A stretch of 64,000 bases of DNA, from assembly GCA_903862645.1 (NCBI GenBank), contig CAIOZF010000022.1, forward strand, positions 4,352 to 68,351, written 5' to 3'. This document shows, one piece after another, positions 1 through 7,593 of this stretch (position 1 is its first letter; each line of letters begins with the position of its first letter). The stretch is from an uncultured Gammaproteobacteria bacterium. GTDB taxonomy: Bacteria; Pseudomonadota; Gammaproteobacteria; Pseudomonadales; Pseudohongiellaceae. The notes beneath the pieces are model-generated. The model worked only from the letters and a program-made list of their open reading frames with translations, had not been told where the DNA came from and searched no databases. The position numbers and the translations under genes were made by a program.

Positions 1-233
1 GCACAGATCAGGCAGGAAAATCCGAGCAGGGTGAGCATCAGCATCTTCTGCAGCCGGTCCTTCTCCTGCGCCCACTCCAAGCGAATGAGCTGCCCGTGCA
101 GTGTGCTGTGCACCAGCAACGAGCCGCCGGCCTTGCGCAGAATACGCAGCACGTCCATGGCATCCATTTCCTCGGCCGCTGCGTCCGCGCCGACAGAGGG
201 GTTCGGCGCTTGCTCGGATGAGATATCACTCAC
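1..233 (-). CDS. YqjE-like (phage-holin-family type) inner-membrane protein, partial; C-terminus lies beyond the window edge
   Basis: Not in the ORF track because it runs off the edge. My translation from GTG at 233 is VSDISSEQAPNPSVGADAAAEEMDAMDVLRILRKAGGSLLVHSTLHGQLIRLEWAQEKDRLQKMLMLTLLGFSCLIC.., with no stop down to position 1. The pattern resembles E. coli YqjE (..TRLRLAVVELEEEKANLFQLLLMLGL..). It sits 30 bp downstream of an ElaB/YqjD-type gene, as in yqjD-yqjE-yqjK. Confidence 0.5.
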   Translation of the reverse strand, partial: MSDISSEQAPNPSVGADAAAEEMDAMDVLRILRKAGGSLLVHSTLHGQLIRLEWAQEKDRLQKMLMLTLLGFSCLIC

Positions 234-263
234 GCTGCGTTCTCCCTTTTCATCACGGCGGGA

Positions 264-575
264 TCAGCGACGCGCGAGCAACAGACCGATCACCAATCCA
301 ACGACCGCGCTGATACCGACTGCGCTCCACGGCTTGGCGTTCACGTATTCATCTGTGGCTTCTGCAGCCTTGGTGGCCTGTCCGGCGATTACGCCGCCCA
401 TCACGCTGGTGCTCAGTTTAGCCAGTGCGATACGCTCGCGCAGCTTCTCACTGGCACGCGTCAGTTCTTCGCCGGTGAGCGTGGTGGTTTCCTTGATCAG
501 CTCCTCGATATCGTCAACGAACTTCTGGAACTCGCTGTTATCAGGCGCATCTGCCTGTTCGGTTTTGGTGACCAT
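264..575 (-). CDS. ElaB/YqjD/DUF883-family C-tail-anchored stress protein
   Basis: 103 aa. A charged helical N-region is followed by KPWSAVGISAVVGLVIGLLLARR as a C-terminal membrane anchor, the hallmark ElaB/YqjD layout. Confidence 0.8.
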   Translation of the reverse strand: MVTKTEQADAPDNSEFQKFVDDIEELIKETTTLTGEELTRASEKLRERIALAKLSTSVMGGVIAGQATKAAEATDEYVNAKPWSAVGISAVVGLVIGLLLARR

Positions 576-788
576 GTCGGTGTCCTGCAGAAAATGTGAT
601 ATTTGGCGGGTAGTTGCATGCTACCGTTCAATCCTGAGTAGGACAAGCGGTGGAAATTGTTCTGGGTCAACGAACAAGTCAATGACCAAATCAATAACCA
701 AATCATTCAACTACCCAGTGAACAATAATGTGCCCCCTGCTATAGTCCCGCCCAGCGTTTAACACAAAAAAAAGATATCGAGGTGCCA

Positions 789-2555
789 ATGAACCCGTAT
801 TTCCGACTGACTGCCGCTGCTCTGACTACCGTCCTGTTGCAAACTGCCTGCAGCCCCGCGTCTGACCAATCTGCATCGACTTCCACTGCGTCGACAACGG
901 CCAGTGTGCAAACCGCTGCATCTTCTAGCGGCTGGGTGGCCACGCCGGAGATGCTCGCCTGTGCGTCTGAGCACGCCGTGCTGGTCGAAGGGACGGGGGA
1001 TTTCACTCGTGACATCGGCTCACCCTCGCCGGAAGCACAGGACTACTTCGATCAAGGTCTGCGTTTGGCCTATGGTTACTACTTCCCGGAGGCGGTGGGC
1101 TCCTACAATGCAGCGCTGTGCTTTGACCCGGATAACGCCCGCATCCACTGGGCACGCGCACAAGGTCTTGGCCCCAACGCCAACAGCCGCAACAGCGCCA
1201 TGCCGGATGACCCCATGGGCGAGGGCAAGAAGGCCATGGACCGCGCCGTCGAACTCTCTGCCAATCAGCCGCAGAATTGGAAAGACATGATTCAGGCGCT
1301 GACGCCGATGTTCGACATGGCGACCTATCCCGATCAGGCCGCCCGCAGCCAGGCGGTCATCGCCTCGGCCAAGACCGCCTACGAAAAATACCCGCAGGAC
1401 CACGAGATCGCCTTCCTGCTCGGCCACGCCATCATGATGGCCTCGCCCTGGTACTACTTCGAGTGGGACGGCACACCACGCGAGAACACCGAACTGGCTA
1501 TGCAGGTCATGGAAACGGGCATGAGCGAAAACCCCTATCACCCGGGGCTGACCCACCTGCACGTGCACCTAATGGAAGCATCTCGCCAGCCCATCCGCGC
1601 TGAGACTTCTGCCGATGCATTGGAACCACTGACACCGAAGATCGGCCACATGGCGCACATGCCCGGCCACATCTTCATGCGCCTGGGCCGCTATGAGGAT
1701 GCCATCGCCACCAACCAGCGCTCCGTAATCGCCGACGAATACTTCGTCGAACAGTGGGGCGACCGCGTCCTGCCCGCCTACGGCACCTACTTCCTGTCCG
1801 CCACCAATCACCGTGGCCACGCCCGCATGTTCATCCAATGGGCTGGCGTGCTGCAGGGCAACCTTGCACAAACCCTCGCAATCACCGGACCGATGGTGGC
1901 GGCCACCACTGCCGAGCAACTGGACCGCGGCCAGTCCATGCGCAACGTCTCCGTGGAACTGATGACGCTGAAAGCCTTCGGCCAATGGGACGAGATCCTC
2001 GCCCTGCCCGCCCAACCCGACACGCGTCCCTTCCTGCAAGGCACCATGAATCACATCCGTGGGGCCGCGTTTGCCGCCAAGGGCGACATCGCCAGCGCCG
2101 AGGCCGAACTGGCCGCCCTGCGCACCACGCTGCAGAACCCGGTATTAGAAACACAGCGCGCGGCGGTGAATTCCGCGAAAAACATCCTGACCGTATCCGA
2201 GCATTTACTGACTGGCGAGATCGCCAATGCCAAGGGTGATTTCGAAGACGCGATTGCCCACTTCACGGTGGCTGTCGATCTGCAGGACAAGCTGCGCTAC
2301 ATGGAGCCGCCCGACTGGATCCAGTCCACGCGCCTGTTCTTAGGCCAGGCCTACCTGAACACGGGCAAGCCGGAACTGGCCGAGCCGGTGTTCCTGGAAG
2401 ACCTCTCGCTGCTGCAGGAAAACGGCTGGGCACTGCATGGCCTGGCTGACGCGCTGGAGGCACAAGACAAGACAGCAGAAGCCGCTGTCGTGCGCGAGCG
2501 CTTCTCCGAAGCATGGGAAGGCGCCGACGTGGAGCTGACCAAGGCGCATTTCTAA
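789..2555 (+). CDS. TPR-repeat lipoprotein, function unknown
   Basis: ATG at 789 lies 5 nt after GAGG (the track start at 783 is GTG). Lipobox ..LLQTAC. TPR-like helices such as AQDYFDQGLRLAYGYYFPEAVGSYNAALCFDPDNARIHW and GRYEDAIATNQRSV. Confidence 0.6.
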   Translation: MNPYFRLTAAALTTVLLQTACSPASDQSASTSTASTTASVQTAASSSGWVATPEMLACASEHAVLVEGTGDFTRDIGSPSPEAQDYFDQGLRLAYGYYFPEAVGSYNAALCFDPDNARIHWARAQGLGPNANSRNSAMPDDPMGEGKKAMDRAVELSANQPQNWKDMIQALTPMFDMATYPDQAARSQAVIASAKTAYEKYPQDHEIAFLLGHAIMMASPWYYFEWDGTPRENTELAMQVMETGMSENPYHPGLTHLHVHLMEASRQPIRAETSADALEPLTPKIGHMAHMPGHIFMRLGRYEDAIATNQRSVIADEYFVEQWGDRVLPAYGTYFLSATNHRGHARMFIQWAGVLQGNLAQTLAITGPMVAATTAEQLDRGQSMRNVSVELMTLKAFGQWDEILALPAQPDTRPFLQGTMNHIRGAAFAAKGDIASAEAELAALRTTLQNPVLETQRAAVNSAKNILTVSEHLLTGEIANAKGDFEDAIAHFTVAVDLQDKLRYMEPPDWIQSTRLFLGQAYLNTGKPELAEPVFLEDLSLLQENGWALHGLADALEAQDKTAEAAVVRERFSEAWEGADVELTKAHF

Positions 2556-2603
2556 GCACTGCGCCTCACCCACTCCCACAACCAACGCACGAAGGGAGCA
2601 ACC

Positions 2604-3500
2604 ATGCGTATTCTCATCACCGGCGGCAGCGGATTCCTAGGCCAGGCCATGAGCCGTGCGCTCACCTGGCGCGGCGATGACGTCATCATCCTCAGCCGCC
2701 ACCCCCGCCTGCACCTGGCGCGAAAGGCTGGCACGCAATGGGTCGACAGCTTGGAGCAGGTGCAGCAGCCGATCGACGCGGTGATCAACCTGACCGGCGC
2801 CAACCTCTTCTCCCGCCCATGGACGACGCGCCACAAGCAGGCTCTGCGCGACAGCCGCATCGCCGTGACCAACGATCTGGTGCGCTGGGTGTGCGCGTTG
2901 CCACAACCGCCAAAGGTATTGCTCTCTGGTTCAGCCATTGGTTTCTATGGCGCTGGCGGCGAGCAAGCCCTCACTGAGGACAGTGCGGTGGGAACGGATT
3001 GGGCATCCACAATGGTCAAGGATTGGGAGCTGGCCACCGCGCCGGCAGTCGCGGCGGGCGTTCGCACGGTGTTGCTGCGCACGGGACTGGTGCTCGGCGA
3101 GGGCGGTCTGCTGGCTCCGTTGTTGCCCTTGTTCCGCTTAGGGCTCGGTGGCTCATTGGGCAACGGTCAATTTTGGTACAGCTGGATACACCTGCAGGAC
3201 TGGGTCAACGCAGTGCTGTTTCTGCTCGACTCCAACAAACAACAAGGCCCCTTCAACCTCACGGCCCCCAACCCGGTGCGCTATCGCGAATTCGCCAGCG
3301 CCCTCGGCAAATCCCTGCGCCGCCCCGTCTGGCTGACTCCTCCGGCCTGGGTTTTGCGCCTGCTGCTCGGCGAGCGCGCGAGCCTGATGCTTGGCAGCAC
3401 CAAGGCGCTGCCTGCGCGCCTTGAGGCAGCTGGCTTCAAGTGGCAACACGAGGGGCTGCCGGAGGCATTGCACGACCTTGTGCAGACGAGGTTGGATTGA
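2604..3500 (+). CDS. yfcH: TIGR01777/YfcH-family epimerase-like SDR (DUF1731 C-terminal domain)
   Basis: MRILITGGSGFLG Rossmann motif. About 298 aa, with the C-terminal ..LGSTKALPARLEAAGFKWQH.. motif typical of YfcH. Confidence 0.8.
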   Translation: MRILITGGSGFLGQAMSRALTWRGDDVIILSRHPRLHLARKAGTQWVDSLEQVQQPIDAVINLTGANLFSRPWTTRHKQALRDSRIAVTNDLVRWVCALPQPPKVLLSGSAIGFYGAGGEQALTEDSAVGTDWASTMVKDWELATAPAVAAGVRTVLLRTGLVLGEGGLLAPLLPLFRLGLGGSLGNGQFWYSWIHLQDWVNAVLFLLDSNKQQGPFNLTAPNPVRYREFASALGKSLRRPVWLTPPAWVLRLLLGERASLMLGSTKALPARLEAAGFKWQHEGLPEALHDLVQTRLD

Positions 3501-3637
3501 GGATGGGGCTCAGGAAAAGTACTGAGCCATCTCTGCGTTTGAAATCGTACGTCCAGCACGTTAGAACCGATTGTGTGAATCAGATATACAGCCATCGGCA
3601 GAACTGCGAGCTTTTTTATCGTTGAACTCCATAACCA

Positions 3638-4336
3638 TCACGAACGAAACTCCACATTGGCCGCAATCGGATCGCGAGTGGTCCGCGTGGCGTTCGCGGC
3701 CACTGCCACATCCTCGTAGCCAAAGGCTATCCCGAACAGAATCCTGGTGCCGTCCTGAATATCGAAAGCCTCGCGCACCAGATCCGGAAAGTTGCGCATT
3801 GTGCCCATGGCGCAGCTGTGCAGGCCGAATGACACCAGCGTGAGCATCAGCGTCTGCGCCCACATACCGACATCAATGGCCACCGTCGCACCGAACTCCT
3901 TGTCCATGCCGATGAAGACCATATGAGGCGCGTCGAAGAATTCGAAATTGCGCAGCACCGCGCGCTGCCGTCCCGCCTTGTCACCGCGCTCGATGCCCAT
4001 GCAGGAATACAGCGCCGCGGCACAATCAACCTGACGACGGCGATAGTCCGCTTCAAAGTCCCATCTATATTCATAGTCCGGATTCGGCGTCACGCCACTG
4101 TGAATATTTTCCACCATCTGCGCGCTCAGACGTCGTTTCAAATCACCCGACGCGACATAAGCCTTCCACGGCTGCACGTTGCAATTGGAGGGCGCCTGCT
4201 GCGCGATTGCAAAAATGCGTTGCAACAGTGCGGGCGACACCTCCTTGTCGAGATAACCCCGCACAGAACGGCGAGCGTAAATGGCATCAATGAGGGGCAT
4301 GGCGGGATTGCTGTGGCTGGGAATTTTTTCTGACAT
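3638..4336 (-). CDS. Nitroreductase-family oxidoreductase
   Basis: ..IDAIYARRSVRGYLDKEV.. and ..APSNCNVQPW.. are classic nitroreductase motifs. Start moved to the internal ATG at 4336 (MSEKIPSH). Confidence 0.75.
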   Translation of the reverse strand: MSEKIPSHSNPAMPLIDAIYARRSVRGYLDKEVSPALLQRIFAIAQQAPSNCNVQPWKAYVASGDLKRRLSAQMVENIHSGVTPNPDYEYRWDFEADYRRRQVDCAAALYSCMGIERGDKAGRQRAVLRNFEFFDAPHMVFIGMDKEFGATVAIDVGMWAQTLMLTLVSFGLHSCAMGTMRNFPDLVREAFDIQDGTRILFGIAFGYEDVAVAANATRTTRDPIAANVEFRS

Positions 4337-4429
4337 TACGAGGAATCCTGAATCTTTGTTCCTGTTATAGAGGAGTTTCACCATCGTCTCTGAGCTTGAC
4401 GTGGAACCATGTTATAGCTGGGGTTGGTA

Positions 4430-5071
4430 TCAGCCGCTGACGCGCATCACAGAGGTGAAACCATTGGTCCCGGAATAACTCCACTTCGCATCCGCACTCT
4501 CATGCGTGTGCACCACTGACTCATACTGCACGTACTCGTAATAATTCGGGTTTGGCAAACCATCAATCACGATTCTCTCTCCACCGAGCCCTGGCAATAA
4601 CTTCATTTCCACCTTCGACTCCGGCACCGAGTAACTCAGCGTCGTCTCGGTTTGCGTGATCGTCATTGGCACGCGCGCTTTGTTGCGCGCCACGCGATCA
4701 AATCCGGCAAAGGCCACTGGCAACAGCTTGTCCAGGGTCTCCAGCTGCGCAGGCGTCATGCTGTCGTCGATGTGGATGCGCGTCCATTGCCCCATCAGGA
4801 ATGTCACGAGGAAAGTGATGCCGGCAAGATCGGCGCCTTCGAACTGCCCCTCGCGAATCCGGATCAGACGGTTACCATCGCAGCGCAGCTCTGTCGGGCG
4901 CCCAAAGTTGCATGGACAGGGAATCTCGCAGCTGCAGCATTCGGCCAGATCGGCCACCAGAGACCAGCGCTGGCCCTGCGCAGACTGCGCCGAGGCAAAC
5001 CGGCCGATCGACAACGCAGGCGCTGCTGCCAGCGCGGACAACAACCCTTTGGTAAACATTCTTCGCTTCAT
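4430..5071 (-). CDS. DUF1326-like protein with twin-arginine signal and a Cys-rich motif
   Basis: N-terminus MKRRMFTKGLLSALAAAPALSIGRFASA looks like a Tat signal. CCSCEIPCPCNFGRP matches my memory of DUF1326. Confidence 0.6.
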   Translation of the reverse strand: MKRRMFTKGLLSALAAAPALSIGRFASAQSAQGQRWSLVADLAECCSCEIPCPCNFGRPTELRCDGNRLIRIREGQFEGADLAGITFLVTFLMGQWTRIHIDDSMTPAQLETLDKLLPVAFAGFDRVARNKARVPMTITQTETTLSYSVPESKVEMKLLPGLGGERIVIDGLPNPNYYEYVQYESVVHTHESADAKWSYSGTNGFTSVMRVSG

Positions 5072-5113
5072 ATGGCGGTCCCCTTGTTGTTGTAGTTTGC
5101 AGACTGGAATACG

Positions 5114-5257
5114 TTAAGTCTCGACCAGAAAACTGCGCATCATGCCCATATCCTCGTGTTCGAGGATGTGACAGTGATACAAGTAGATGCCCGCATGGGT
5201 CTGGAAACTAATCAACACCTGCACGCGCTCACCCGGCAACATCGGCATCAAGTCCAA
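5114..5257 (-). pseudogene. C-terminal relic (about 47 codons) of a multicopper oxidase
   Basis: My codon-by-codon translation gives LDLMPMLPGERVQVLISFQTHAGIYLYHCHILEHEDMGMMRSFLVET*. HCHxxxHxxxGMM is the C-terminal copper-site motif of CueO and laccase-type MCOs. An in-frame TGA at 5282-5284 and the next gene at 5344 leave no room for the rest of the enzyme. Confidence 0.65.
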
Positions 5258-5343
5258 GGACAAACTTGCGTCGCGAAATTTTCAACGATTTCCTTCAATC
5301 ACTTGGTTTTTCTGCCTGCTCCCACAAGGGTTTCGTGGTTGAC

Positions 5344-5889
5344 TCACTGCACTGACACCGGCGGCAGTGGCGTCAGCTCGCCAAACATGTCCATGGTGGG
5401 CAAATCCGGTTTGAAATCTCGGTGGCAGGACTCGCAGACTTCGACCAGTTCATCCCCAGCGCGGGCGACCTGCTCCACATTGCGGTTGCGCGCAGCCATT
5501 ACGGCACCCGCCCCGACGCTGCTCAGCTGCTCCGCATACTCACGCCAGCGCGGCGTGGCAGCCCACTGGGCGTCCAGTGGGCCGGTGCCGGGAAGTTGCA
5601 ACAGTGCGCCACCGACTTCAATCTGATAAGCCAGACGTTCCAATTCTCGCCATTCCCGATCGGTGCGCGGGTTGCGCCACGCGGCAACCCAGATCGGATC
5701 GGCGGCATGATTGATTAGCGCGACCATCAACTCGTTGTGGCTGATAGGGAGGGTCGGACCTGCCGGGGTCGCATTCGCGTCGTGATCGGAATTGCTGACG
5801 TTGATGCAGGCGCTCAGGCCCAGCAGCACGGAACCGCTCAGCAGGTACCGCTTGAAAATCAGAGACAACTTTGCGCGCGGGTAGAACAT
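5344..5889 (-). CDS. Cytochrome c'-like (class II layout) c-type cytochrome lipoprotein
   Basis: Start moved to ATG at 5889 (MFYPRAKL..). Lipobox LLGLSAC. It has a single CESCH heme motif near the C-terminus of a helical protein of about 180 aa. It is a paralog of 38161..38733. Confidence 0.6.
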   Translation of the reverse strand: MFYPRAKLSLIFKRYLLSGSVLLGLSACINVSNSDHDANATPAGPTLPISHNELMVALINHAADPIWVAAWRNPRTDREWRELERLAYQIEVGGALLQLPGTGPLDAQWAATPRWREYAEQLSSVGAGAVMAARNRNVEQVARAGDELVEVCESCHRDFKPDLPTMDMFGELTPLPPVSVQ

Positions 5890-6037
5890 GTTGAAACTCC
5901 TGAAGGACGAGTCATGAACGGAGTATGAACGCGGGTGAACGCCAAGAGCAAGCACGTCGGAATGCTGCCGGAGCGTGCCTTTCCTGAGTTTGATCCAACG
6001 CAAGATTTGATAGCTGTGGGGAGCAGAAGAAAATCCT

Positions 6038-6559
6038 TCAAGATATTTGACACTGCCGGCAAAGACCGCTGATCTCGATGGTTTCATCGTTCACTTTGAA
6101 GCCGATTTTCTTTGCATTGGTGTCAATCATCGCGGTCAAAAACTCGTCGTCCAGTTCGGCGACGACACCACAATCTTCGCAGATCAGGAACTGCCCCTGA
6201 TGGCGTCGCCCCGGTTCGCCGCAACCGATGTAGGCGTTGAGCGACTCCAGTTTATGCGCCAGCCCGGCCTCCTGCAAAAAATCCAGCGCCCGATACACCG
6301 TCGGCGGCGCCGGACGGTCATGGGTCAGCGCCAACTGCGCCAACAGCTCATAGGCCTTGACCGGCTTGTGGCTGGACCACAGCAGTTCGAAGACGGTCCG
6401 GCGCAAGGGGGTGAAGCGTTCACCGCGCTTTGCGCACACGCGCTCAGCCTCACGCAGCGCATCTGCCATGCAATGGCCATGATCGTGCTCGTGCGGCTCG
6501 AAGTCCTGAAGCACCATTTTATCGGGCGCTGGTTTGTGAGGAATTGGTCTGTCGGGCAT
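6038..6559 (-). CDS. zur: Zinc uptake regulator, Fur family
   Basis: Start at ATG 6559 (MPDRPIPH). ..PPTVYRALDFLQEAGLAHKLESLNAYIGC.. aligns closely with E. coli Zur (PPTVYRALDFLLEQGFVHKVESTNSYVLC). It also has a His-rich HEHDHGHC stretch and CEDCG/CRQC pairs. Confidence 0.85.
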   Translation of the reverse strand: MPDRPIPHKPAPDKMVLQDFEPHEHDHGHCMADALREAERVCAKRGERFTPLRRTVFELLWSSHKPVKAYELLAQLALTHDRPAPPTVYRALDFLQEAGLAHKLESLNAYIGCGEPGRRHQGQFLICEDCGVVAELDDEFLTAMIDTNAKKIGFKVNDETIEISGLCRQCQIS

Positions 6560-6732
6560 GGAGTCGGTCCTGAGCGCAGTTGTCTGAACAGAGAGATGTC
6601 GAGGCCAGCGTAGCAAATTTTGGGACCATCGGGATACTGCAGTCGCGGGGTTGAACAATTGCCAACCAGCCCGCAAGCTGGGACTATAGGCACGTATTAC
6701 CACGCCCTGAGCTTATGCCCAAAGGACTCACT

Positions 6733-7155
6733 ATGATCGAACCAAACGTTGCTGGCGGATTGATCGGTGGCGGCCTCATCGGCCTGGCCAGCGTCATGAT
6801 GCTGTTGTTGCTCGGCCGCATCACCGGAATCTCCGGAATACTGACTGGTGTCATCACCTTCAACCATGCCGACGGACTGCCCTGGCGAGCCGCCTTTATT
6901 GGCGGTCTCATCCTCGGCGCGGTGCTCTATCAGATCTTTATCGGCCCGCTGCCGATCGAGATGCAGGCCGAGGGGCCGCTGCTGATCGTCGCTGGCCTGT
7001 TGGTTGGTATCGGCACGCGGCTCGGCTCCGGCTGCACCTCCGGTCATGGTGTCTGCGGGATTGCCCGCCGCTCGCCGCGCTCCATTACCGCGACCGTGAC
7101 CTTCATGGCCGTCGCCGTCATTACCGTCTATGTCACGAGGCACCTGCTGTCATGA
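6733..7155 (+). CDS. YeeE/YedE-family membrane protein (half-size, first of a pair)
   Basis: ATG at 6733 lies 6 nt after AAAGGA. Gly-rich TM helices and ..GSGCTSGHGVCGIARRS.. give the conserved CxSGH motif of YeeE/YedE sulfur-transport-type proteins. Confidence 0.75.
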   Translation: MIEPNVAGGLIGGGLIGLASVMMLLLLGRITGISGILTGVITFNHADGLPWRAAFIGGLILGAVLYQIFIGPLPIEMQAEGPLLIVAGLLVGIGTRLGSGCTSGHGVCGIARRSPRSITATVTFMAVAVITVYVTRHLLS

Positions 7156-7574
7156 AAACTATCCTTGCTGCTTTGGCCTGCGGAATTGTCTTCGGACTCG
7201 GCCTGTCTATTTCAGAAATGATCAATCCGGCCCGCGTAATCGGATTTCTGGATGTTGCCGGCGAGTGGGATCTGACGCTCATGCTGGTGATGGGAGGCGC
7301 GCTGGTGGTGACGCTGATCGGCTTCCCGCTGATTACCCGCCGCCCCAAGCCCGTGCTGGCCGAGCGCTTCGTGCTGCCGACCAAGACCAAGATCGATTCG
7401 CCACTGCTCAGCGGCGGCATTCTGTTCGGTATCGGCTGGGGACTGGCCGGGCTATGCCCAGGCCCGGCGCTGGCCGGCCTCGCCTCGCTCTCACCCCAGA
7501 TAATGCTTTTTGTCGCGGCGATGATTGCCGGACAGTTCATCGCCATCAAGGTTGAACCCCTGATCTGGAAGTGA
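7152..7574 (+). CDS. YeeE/YedE-family membrane protein (second of the pair)
   Basis: It has a 4-nt ATGA overlap with the upstream gene. 140 aa, four hydrophobic helices, and ..GIGWGLAGLCPGPA.. typical of the partner half. Confidence 0.75.
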   Translation: MKTILAALACGIVFGLGLSISEMINPARVIGFLDVAGEWDLTLMLVMGGALVVTLIGFPLITRRPKPVLAERFVLPTKTKIDSPLLSGGILFGIGWGLAGLCPGPALAGLASLSPQIMLFVAAMIAGQFIAIKVEPLIWK

Positions 7575-7593
7575 GGTGCGGGAGCAGACTGGA

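Noticed and set aside
4337-4429. Possible Zur box: two TGTTATA half-sites (CCTGTTATAGAGG and CCATGTTATAGCTGG)
   Set aside because: The two half-sites are direct rather than inverted and are about 50 bp apart. Neither forms the palindromic TGTTATAnnATAACA-type operator.
5156-5626. 156-aa + strand ORF spanning the MCO relic and the cytochrome gene
   Set aside because: It lies opposite two features with clear motifs on the minus strand (HCHxxxHxxxGMM and CESCH). Its translation is low-complexity.
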